Virus record (IMG/VR): IMGVR_UViG_3300027749_000449
Span: 1-25,555 of that record
Direction: 5' to 3' (one strand)
Origin: a virus
Taxonomy: Duplodnaviria > Caudoviricetes
DNA length: 25,555 nucleotides
The position numbers and the translations under genes are program-made. The notes under the pieces are model-generated. The model did no database searches. It was not told the origin of the DNA and saw nothing but the letters and a program-made list of their open reading frames with translations. This document shows, piece after piece, positions 22,401 through 25,555 of the stretch. How positions within the stretch are numbered: position 1 is the stretch's first letter; each line of letters starts with the position of its first letter.

Positions 22401-25400
22401 TCAATAAATTATCTAATCAGTCACTATCTATTACTGACTTGATATATGCAGGCGGAAGTTATGTTATTACTACAAACAACAATGCAACCCCTATATTAAT
22501 AAGTGGTAACGGATATGATTGGATTAGTACCGGTGCATTTAATGTACCGGCAAAAGCACTGAATAATATAACATACCAAAACGGAATATATGTTGCAGTA
22601 GGACAAAACATTGTAACATCTAGTGATTTATACGCATGGACTGAACGTTATGCATTTACTAATGGGTTAACTAATATATTCAACGGTGTTTGTTATGCGT
22701 CAACTGCTGGATTCACTGGTTTTATTGCAATTGGTTTGGGTCAGCAATTAATAGGTTCAAATGCAGTTAATGTTGCAATAATATATACAAGTCTTGATGC
22801 ATACAATTGGACACAAGTTTCATTTACTGCAACATCCCTAGGATTTAATAGTATTGCATCAAATAGTCAAACTATAGTAGCTGTGGGTGACGATGGAATC
22901 ATATACACCAGTTTTAATAGTACTACTTGGTTCGCACAATCTTCAACTGTTGCTAGTAAGTTAAACAACATAATTTGGGATAGTTACAACAATAGATTTG
23001 TTGTAGTTGGTAATAACGGAACAATATTAACTGGTACTAATAATGGTATAACTTGGACAAGCCAAACTTCAGGGGTATCTTCAACCTTAGAAAGTGTTGT
23101 TTGGAACAATACTGAACTACAATATGTAGCAGTTGGTTTTGATAACACAATTCTAATTAGTGATGCTAATGCAACTACGTGGACTGTCTCTGCAACATTT
23201 GAAATTCCCCCAGATGTATACACAATTCAGGGTGATGACTTTACTCAAGGATACGGCCCAGAAGAATTAGTACCAGGTGTAATAGCTGATACCATTATGA
23301 TGACTGTAGCAACTCGTCCGGGAACAAACTGGGATGAAACTGTTTATCAAAATGTTGGGTACAACACTGTTTCTACCGAAATAACCCCATCAGCTGGTTC
23401 TCAGGTTATATATAGTTTTAACAATTTAGTCACGGTACCTGCTCAACTTGCAGTTTTTGTAATAAATCGTATAACTAACTTAAGCACTTCTTTGTATAAT
23501 ATAACTAACTACACAGTTGACTGGGTTAACAAAACTATCACATTAAATACACCTATAACTTTTATTTCACTCGACAATACAGATCGGTTAAGAATTGATG
23601 TATATGAAGTAGGTAATGGTGACCAGTTGGTTAAAGCTAATACTGATACTGATGCATTGCGTCTTAACACAACTACTGGATTCCAAGAAATATATGTAAA
23701 CGCAAATTACAGTTCAAGTATATATCAAGGCTCAGGAGTTGTTAGACCAGACACTTCACCAATATATGTAAATGCAATCAGTACTTCTAGCACTACCAAT
23801 GCAATAACATGTGATAGTGTTACTAATTTTGTATTAAATAGTACAGTAACTTTCATTGGCACAGTCTTTGGTAACATTGTTGAAAATCAAGTTTACTATG
23901 TTAAAACAATTGGACGTACTACAAATAGAATCACAGTTTCTACTACGTATAATCTAAGTACAGGTACTGCAGGCGAGACATTCTTGCTGACAACTGCAAC
24001 CGGTGTCATGGAAGCTGTAATTGCAGTTGGAACAGGTTTGCCATGGACACCTCCGTCAGTACTGCAAAACGGACATGCATTGGTACTAGGAGCTTATGCT
24101 TCAGTGGTACAAACAACTGCAAGCAATAACTCAATTACAACGCTAAGTACAGGTGGCTTGATCGTGAATACACCAGTAGTATTCAGCAGTACAATGTTTG
24201 GTAATGTAACTCCGCATGCGGTGTATTACGTAAAGAGTATTATTAGCGGTACTGACTTTACTATATCGGCTACACAAGGTGGACCTGTGTTAGCATTAAC
24301 GAATGCAGTTGGTGGTGCTATATTAGTTTCTAACGACTATGCGTTTACTATTGCTGACAACGGAATTACCGCAGCAATAGTATTTGCAAGTACATATGAT
24401 GTTACAGAGGATTACTTAACATATACAATTATGGGCGAAACATTGCCTGCTCAGTATGGTTACACACTTCCACAAGTTCAATTGTTTAATGGTAATGGAT
24501 CAGCAGCATCATTTACCTTAACTAACTATACTGGTGGTAATAATCCAAACAATGCAATTGTGGAAATAAACGGGATTAGACAAACTCAGTCAGCTTATAC
24601 AATAAGCTCTATTACTAATACAATATTATTCAATAGTCCTCCTCCGGCCGCTTCTACTGTGGCAGTAACTACTTATAATCAAACTCAGCGTCAGTATTTT
24701 AATACTCAATACAACATCACTGGGTCAGGTGTGGGTACTGCAAGTATAACTGTTGGTAGTACTACAAACTTACCGAGTGGATTTGATCAAGATACACCTA
24801 CAGTAGCAACATTTGATGAAGATAGTCCTACAGTAGTATTATTTGATCAAGCATTGAACTACTTGACATTAGCATCTGGCACAACAAGTACGTTGATTAT
24901 AAACAGTGCAATAGTGTTTGAGGACGTTATTGGTGGAATAATAGCTGGACAAACTTACTATATAACAGAAATATTGAACTCTACTGACTTTGTTATTTCA
25001 ACTCAAGTTGGTGGCTTACCTTTTGAAGTCACAACTGATAGTGGATCAATGACTAGTGTGGTTCAAGGATTGTCTGTTGCTAACATTGTTGGAATTGAAA
25101 ATTCTCTTAGTGATCCAGTAGTGATTATTGTATCCGGTACAGTAGATGTTGATGATTCAGTAATATGTAATTCCACTGTTAATTTGATAGTAGGACAAGA
25201 CATAATATTCAAAGCGAGTATTATTTTAGCTGGTTCAATTGTAAGCACCTATCAATACGAAATCATTACATTAGGTGATACTGACTGGAACACAGTTGGA
25301 TATATTGGAACTCCTGTAGTGGGCGGGGTATTTACTTCTATTGGAACAGGATCAGGCACAGGTACTGCATTGCTTGCTAATTTAGGCGGTATCAGTACAC

Positions 25401-25555
25401 TTGGACAAGTCTACTATGTTAGAGCAATTCTAGATGCAACACATTTTACAATTGAAGATCAATCTGGTATTATTATTACTCTTACTGATACTTCAGGTAA
25501 TAACTTGTATGCGTACAGCGGTGGGCTTGTTGCAGTAAGAGTTATTACTGGAATA
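7466..25555 (+). CDS. Giant multidomain virion structural protein (>=6030 aa, 3'-partial) in the gp7 / baseplate wedge-initiator position
   Basis: ATG at 7466 (MASRIRTLDFLPEIFKTTTNAQFLAATLDQL...); the same frame reads NLYAYSGGLVAVRVITGI at 25502-25555. It is absent from the ORF track, which lists no + ORF after 7442, as expected if the frame has no stop inside the window. The many segments translated by hand were open and protein-like (NFNQYYWLPEGP, NPTLTLLRGGQYTF, WSRSNRWFH, RPIIEF, DYIDPLQG, EVKPYH, NALDRIIGYY.P...MPG, GPEELVPG). Confidence 0.93.
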   Translation, partial: MASRIRTLDFLPEIFKTTTNAQFLAATLDQLVAQPNNKKIQGYIGSKFGYGVNATDRYVTEPTKTRTDYQLDPGIVFLKENDSTAKDFISYPGILDALTLEGGLTADNNRLFNSQFYSWDSFTNLDPIINFNQYYWLPEGPERVVVSSDIVYNSENFIVQPDANYYLISSETLATPSANPTLTLLRGGQYTFTVNQLTQFWIQGVPGITGFSPTERNVQTRDVYGVTNNGATNGVVTFSVPQKNALDDFIFPGDNTVGVVSTLPFDQVNGALVNEIGGIDGVTALAGLTVMFYNTGVPSESGYVDKFFDQTLYDENGGVNYNESIDYPGSSIFNNNYEGGYYTDVSATFYTISLLGDIDNPQIQLTATAAIPTNQKITAIYGFEWANRNFYRSSIGVITLQPYNSAILNTLYYQDGTIPGRVGVINLIENNITNQINVETDILGKTNYTSKNGVVFTNGLKVLFQGDIYPESFNNVEFYVEGVGTAIELIPVTTLVSPGLFSEGSYIPFDTTPYDMGNYDSSLYVPINPDYITIARNSINRNAWSRSNRWFHIDVINATATYNNTPALITEYTQLGNKAKRPIIEFYPNLKLFNSGAVGKNPIDFIDTKTTDAFTYVAGQPSYYPDTAGYTTATATIAPIIGAIVKTATATTALVNQVVLTNTTGLHVNDTITFTGTAFGGISTSPTNNSNLYYVLEIINSTNIVISDTKQGTPVIVTTDAGTMTAAVYPYSTTVTVPTTDVFGLFTIGQYITDSTGLLPSITFITNVSAVGSDTIITVSWYNQSIVDGTSIASVVTADTPLDNYALFDGSRVVFAADTDDNVRNKIYVSRFSTINPGGIPIITLTEATDGLVLPDEQTAIYRGYNYKGKDFFFDGVDWIDGQQKTQLNQPPKFDIYDNNGISFGDSEVYVGTSFSGCTLFSYGIGSGSNDAVLGFPLRYSSVSNVGDISFDVTLNSATFTYVQGINSKTENVNKGYVYNYAITPGIEPSIIRQLGWQTAVSPSVQYQIFEFDYDTLSNTTNTFTCDIAPIVTTPTLWPLIQIYINNVYVPNTDWQVLDPLSTISTTITIPVIPTTNTVVQILILSDQISNTAYFQTPINLNNNPLNASITTANIGDIRGQYQSIFFNNPDTTGIVFGPNNYRDLGNLVPWGNRIIQNSASLVLPGTFLRNQNHNLFNSLLYNSRQYITFKTLLVDTVNNSDYSRIMTPSQMLDDALDKINASHVESQSFFWSDMLPSKAPYITNTYSFANSLDISVYPLSHIYDFATANYNSILVYLIRNNVQTQLVTGIDYTVSTDSPSLTVILSLEANDKITIKEYNQTYGSYVPNTPTKLGLYPATIPSVTLDADYSPETYFIVGHDGSFNKLYGSYDPTTDTLIDFRDQVLLEYETRVYNNLKLSATVPAGSYQGVIIPGFFRTTDYSNDEFLQIYSELFLNWVGQNRIDYKTQVYNKNNQFTFNYRDSGNQLNNQPIEQGYFRGAYLFFYDTSTPNETPWQMLGLANQPTWWTSRYGPAPYTSDNLVLWGDLETGTVWNDGAPFIKPSYARPGLLQIIPVDSNGNLLSPFDSLVGNYDQYLFKRDWIVGDVGPAEFSYRRSSTWPFDLMHILALTKPTDFFNLGVDVDTYKYNVEFNQYLVNDRSHLVISDVPIYGAGTPATSYINWIVDYEKQVGIDATTNITTLLDNLDVRLVYRAAGFSDKNLLKFYVEKSSANSNNSSLLIPDESYGLLLYENQPFDRIIYSGVVIQITENGYKVFGNSQTNAYFKTLTPKFGGNTQTITVENLTVKVTDSFTNTTQVIPYGTEFYNTQQVAQFLINYGEYLISQGVVYEEIENGIPIQWQQMIAEFMYWAQTGWDIGSITTINPSANLITIDKESRIVQPLTLSQKNFLLNQELYPISTNNLNITRIGTAFAARTLNVGDAISYGQFNISNIENGIVFDNVTLFNDIIYNLVTGLRQYRISVNGSLTADWNGNVDAAGFILNQDNVVEWNNTIKYTAGSIVKYKNKYWSALRIIQPSTLFKELDWKETTYDQIQKGLLPNSQTRSYESTLYYDVDKTNLENDADLLSFSLIGYRPRDYLALVDLTDVTQVNVYKNLIKNKGTLNAASAFKGTNLPQGGIDYTIYQNWAIKSGEFGGILNNNFIEFRLDQPKLVGNPSIVGLTSGVSINGVQQEVPLYSVFNYGRPITTVNILPTISNLQPSSLYPTAGYVNLNDVKMASYFYSGLPTAQNAAGTTIPISQFYVRDYVWLANYLSTWQVYTPASLGSVINAKNNLNNTVTITFSQAHNLTRYESFAIVNFNVAIDNYYIVAAIVDPFNVIINLSLNPQIKNINGQGVGFRLQSQRVATAPEIGTLPLLDNEFNKLKVWVDTNNDGSWAVYRKSLNYQYDKEIVHPASETFGSAVAYTSSFGYLIGDSVTGEVYRYTYDAISDSYISFQTITQTTSFGANISYINNLFVISQPTGTPNVYVYQYINTIALNTLLLCQTIAAPGGVTTWGTSTALSGDQNWLYISDIDNNSVYAYRRAAYSVTSGNFVSGNTYTITSEGTTDFTLIGASSNTVGTIFLATGAGSGTGTATNSTYEFAHIIDGDALSLTTAGDNFGYSISTDYYGDSVVIGTPQQDYDVNTQNYGYTYVFSRTVQNFESQANSQAYIPIALQLAWTPITVTQTATATTASTDRITVSDSTGFTIGDPVVFSGTIISAGAISQNTVYYVLDKPTSTTFTISSTRNGSVIQLSDDTGTMTVTVQSTPLFVQVNGTSLADYYYAVIGSTLNIYSGATPTLNAGDIVNVSGSNFVLAQTLTNEETPRVGVQFGLSTDTNTFANEILVGAPFELSAENYEGAVHRYTNGGERYGSFIGTTACNITTPRTILLNGYRVVLPVGNATTVATSINLLNLTNIQASAVNSNLVISLINVDLGIAGNKLTLTVLDTDALGEMGVVLYTQTQKVYCPHVQGRTQFGTVVKFDKSNSGSFIASAPVGTRYSSTTFDFFDDEIDNDTVFDNNATQWVDTFTNAGAVYMFDYLSLYNENINNPGQFVYAQSTNAQDLDYGAQPNYGSALDFNNNRVTIGTPNFAPTGYANDIFGQVVTYVSTASTPDWAVYRNSSPIVDVNGIFNIQLFSANTNQTLANLDYIDPLQGKLLGAVSENIDVVSNIDPAAYNSAGSTQGRKVWAADKVGSLWFDTSNTRFMNYHQNDVKYNSQYWGRVFPGSNVTVCSWIASQSTPSQYTGPGTPYDVNSYSIRGIINAEGLITPIYYYWVRNTNIVFSSIGKTLADSTLESYISQPQQSGISYFTSLLPSVFGLYNCAEYVNAKDTVLHIGYSETTNDDVAHNQYSLIREGYPDDFLSGIPGSGAAYQNHAVVGITEPIGLYNRMLDSMCGVDNAGGVVPDPLLPKAVQTGILARPRQGFFYNRFGALANYLQYANTVLAQFPINEIRNPKFLYRTGEFFDTTKYWHNVNWWAIGYNDNTKSSIQVPIYADLSTLNVPNGTIVTVASNSIGNSETYIYSGAGIWTRIGLANGTIEFSSKLWDYAEAMLGFGDNFFDTTPYDEYPSVETRYIIRALNEEIYTNELLVFRNKSLILLFEYIQSETIESQNYLTWLNKTSFIDVSHTIRELLPLEVFRSDNQLFLEGYLNEVKPYHVVIKEFIFRYTRTDLFEGDITDFDLPAQYNSNIDQFVTPELVYDNPSGDNQYLSSDPIWQTAPYSQWYNNYGLSISGQDGYQISVLASYMSLNSTSCYVDNVNGFPVSGIIILGEEIMSYASKNLATSELFGISRGINGTAPTVHIPGEDIFINLPAVLVLNTGRGYINPPRVTAYIDTSIYPAPKVIAQFEPIMSLGILIGVNVINPGEGYAVLPNIVIDPAFTVSVDSTQVNTVTNTIGITNPILQTGDLVIYTVATNSTPILGLIPGQHYYVNLLEITPSPVFALYASYQTAINDHDRIILSSQGIGSQYFNVSAVASCVTSSTPTRENSIALKFDRTSYTSQVIDWVPSGFYGSFYAGTLNNSAQVSSSAITLESSAPPISQILASAHGVSFEILNSTNQQTLTWSSRTRDTVQTYGPLTFYPNAIRINPSTGGADVVEKIGSTIGFYIGMPIKFIGSTIGTTLTNGVTYYVKSLIQLPNLTTSALEDTGFTISATVDNNGNPGAVLAQNTATIVTAGLILYVGELTNLAVLTINYDGIRTATNTVSGINNITVQLTPAGLAGTTGFYLGTTIFFTGDVFGGIVENEIYYVITIIDNQTFTMSTDSDPTTFIVTATAASNNSITCVSATGLAVNDPIIFTGTTFGGIVAGTTYYVREIFSGNTSFSIAATFNGPAVVLTNASGSCTLTDQTNAVVLTTASGSMTLNVGLPVSPGQIEGQEFEFYETSIPYSNVSGTVSNLLSRTINSTLATVNRICILENLTNIYNNLEFNIASDVGGLTVAGEPYTVNGSGTTTVNVSSTSSSGNWLTLPLATNANLTDVLYVGMPIVFTGTSLGGISIGLTYYVYSINASPPASTGQFTISEYRELDQVFVLTTSNGTMVGTGDNYLTISGGPSLINSVQTATITNASPAVVTVTNGSAFPNGTAITFGTYGTLPVPLNSITTYYVINLSGNTFNVSYSLNGAAIATITAGSGTHRVAQNNVTLTQQTITDPDFDVSYILGGYRASVISTSIGSGYAINNTITIPGLLVGGTTPENNLVLTVASINSTGGVTSTIASGTPNGIVSQYYLKVLSENQVGVYSNPNLTVAVSGENFPYTGTISTAATATSSVGNIVTVTSSASFVVNDAIVFTGTTFGNIVLGQTYYVASTPTATTVTISETISGTTFVLATSSGTNMTMAKSGDFIFLSEPFFFNPSIVKYNNRLYQCIVSNNDADFIFGKWELLTSGDKRLNALDRIIGYYQPTVNMPGVDLTQLVTGITYPNSTYIGNAFAPADEYTLDVELQDQPFYPLGINLASIIWNGLVYIAVSNAETYSAFNVSAYTTNWSINKLSNQSLSITDLIYAGGSYVITTNNNATPILISGNGYDWISTGAFNVPAKALNNITYQNGIYVAVGQNIVTSSDLYAWTERYAFTNGLTNIFNGVCYASTAGFTGFIAIGLGQQLIGSNAVNVAIIYTSLDAYNWTQVSFTATSLGFNSIASNSQTIVAVGDDGIIYTSFNSTTWFAQSSTVASKLNNIIWDSYNNRFVVVGNNGTILTGTNNGITWTSQTSGVSSTLESVVWNNTELQYVAVGFDNTILISDANATTWTVSATFEIPPDVYTIQGDDFTQGYGPEELVPGVIADTIMMTVATRPGTNWDETVYQNVGYNTVSTEITPSAGSQVIYSFNNLVTVPAQLAVFVINRITNLSTSLYNITNYTVDWVNKTITLNTPITFISLDNTDRLRIDVYEVGNGDQLVKANTDTDALRLNTTTGFQEIYVNANYSSSIYQGSGVVRPDTSPIYVNAISTSSTTNAITCDSVTNFVLNSTVTFIGTVFGNIVENQVYYVKTIGRTTNRITVSTTYNLSTGTAGETFLLTTATGVMEAVIAVGTGLPWTPPSVLQNGHALVLGAYASVVQTTASNNSITTLSTGGLIVNTPVVFSSTMFGNVTPHAVYYVKSIISGTDFTISATQGGPVLALTNAVGGAILVSNDYAFTIADNGITAAIVFASTYDVTEDYLTYTIMGETLPAQYGYTLPQVQLFNGNGSAASFTLTNYTGGNNPNNAIVEINGIRQTQSAYTISSITNTILFNSPPPAASTVAVTTYNQTQRQYFNTQYNITGSGVGTASITVGSTTNLPSGFDQDTPTVATFDEDSPTVVLFDQALNYLTLASGTTSTLIINSAIVFEDVIGGIIAGQTYYITEILNSTDFVISTQVGGLPFEVTTDSGSMTSVVQGLSVANIVGIENSLSDPVVIIVSGTVDVDDSVICNSTVNLIVGQDIIFKASIILAGSIVSTYQYEIITLGDTDWNTVGYIGTPVVGGVFTSIGTGSGTGTALLANLGGISTLGQVYYVRAILDATHFTIEDQSGIIITLTDTSGNNLYAYSGGLVAVRVITGI
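13433..13546 (+). other. CBM5/12-like (chitin-binding-type) small aromatic module within the giant ORF
   Basis: WNNTIKYTAGSIVKYKNKYWSALRIIQPSTLFKELDW matches the W....Y..G..V.Y.G..Y/W.A.........W pattern. Confidence 0.55.
14663..16745 (+). other. FG-GAP / integrin-alpha-like 7-bladed beta-propeller within the giant ORF, interrupted by inserted modules
   Basis: Seven FG-type blade starts: FGSAVA, FGANIS, WGTSTALS, FGYSISTD..VIGTP, FGLSTD..LVGAP..EGAVHRY, FGTVVKFD..ASAP..NAGAVYMF, YGSALDF..IGTP..GQVVTY. Confidence 0.75.
22300..23190 (+). other. BNR/Asp-box (Ycf48/sialidase-fold-like) beta-propeller within the giant ORF
   Basis: Repeated L..I.W/Y....YVAVG..G.I..S.DG..W units, e.g. IVAVGDDGIIYTSFNSTTW, FVVVGNNGTILTGTNNGITW, YVAVGQNIVTSSDLYAW. 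Confidence 0.8.
24781..24851 (+). repeat. 30-bp in-frame tandem repeat encoding FD(Q/E)D(T/S)PTV..
   Basis: 24781-24810 atttgatcaagatacacctacagtagcaac vs 24811-24840 atttgatgaagatagtcctacagtagtatt (24/30), then a partial atttgatcaag. Confidence 0.85.

Larger units (their letters stand above)
9400..25510 (+). repeat. Dispersed ~75-aa protein repeat (T.G..V.D.I.F.G..FGG....YYV..I....FTIS.T..G....LT...G.MT), ~13-15 copies, E1-FCCH-like small beta-barrel
   Basis: Approximate copies at 9400-9645, 15470-15710, 19085-19345, 19640-19970, 20030-20525, 20245-20473, 20795-21065, 21115-21350, 21720-21955, 23765-24020, 24100-24325, 24740-25060 and 25125-25510; more diverged copies near 14290 and 20640. 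Confidence 0.8.
1..25555 (+). mobile_element. Bacteriophage genome segment: baseplate/virion structural gene module of a large myovirus (T4-like/jumbo type)
   Basis: Co-oriented, tightly packed gp5-, gp25- and gp6-like genes followed by a giant structural ORF; TAAATA-type late-promoter motifs at gene starts; no cellular housekeeping genes. Confidence 0.9.

Noticed and set aside
22300-23190. Photosystem II assembly factor Ycf48/Hcf136 as an auxiliary metabolic gene
   Set aside because: The similarity reflects the generic BNR propeller fold embedded within a structural protein and does not indicate a photosynthetic function or host.
299-25248. All minus-strand ORFs in the track (e.g. 1965..2732, 6708..6998, 16000..16299) and the nested + ORF 2087..2281
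   Set aside because: They lie wholly or almost wholly within long, motif-bearing + strand genes, have no recognisable motifs, and are explained as antisense or alternate-frame shadows.
7443-25555. Apparent 18-kb gene desert or stop-codon-recoded region suggested by the ORF track
   Set aside because: Frame +2 is open in the standard code from 7466; the ORF is missing only because it has no stop within the window. No in-frame TAG/TGA was seen, so there is no evidence for recoding, although all five visible stops are TAA.
7466-25555. Inteins, introns or a diversity-generating retroelement explaining the gene size and repeats
   Set aside because: No intein splice or LAGLIDADG/HNH motifs, no frame interruption, no reverse transcriptase, and no ~100-bp repeat pair differing only at adenines were noticed by eye; a computational scan would be needed to exclude them fully.

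Overview
AT-rich (roughly one-third GC by eye), gene-dense window coding entirely on the + strand. It is the tail-baseplate module of a large contractile-tailed (T4-like/jumbo myovirus-type) phage. Gene order: 5'-truncated gp5-like baseplate hub/spike (<3..1382); two TAATG-coupled accessory ORFs (1382..1990, possibly a degenerate lysozyme-like fold; 1990..3558, Pro/Ser/Gly repeats plus a coiled coil); gp25-like (3566..4015); enlarged gp6-like wedge (4068..7442); then one giant ORF missing from the supplied track, from ATG 7466 open past the window end (>=6030 aa) in the gp7 position. The giant protein is a scaffold carrying an FG-GAP-type propeller, a BNR/Asp-box propeller, CBM5/12-like W-motif modules and ~13-15 copies of a ~75-aa 'F.G..FGG...YYV...FTIS' module. 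Several modules appear inserted inside one another (Russian-doll nesting). No tRNA, rRNA, CRISPR, transposase, intron or intein was recognised. All family assignments are by-eye motif recognition, not database searches.
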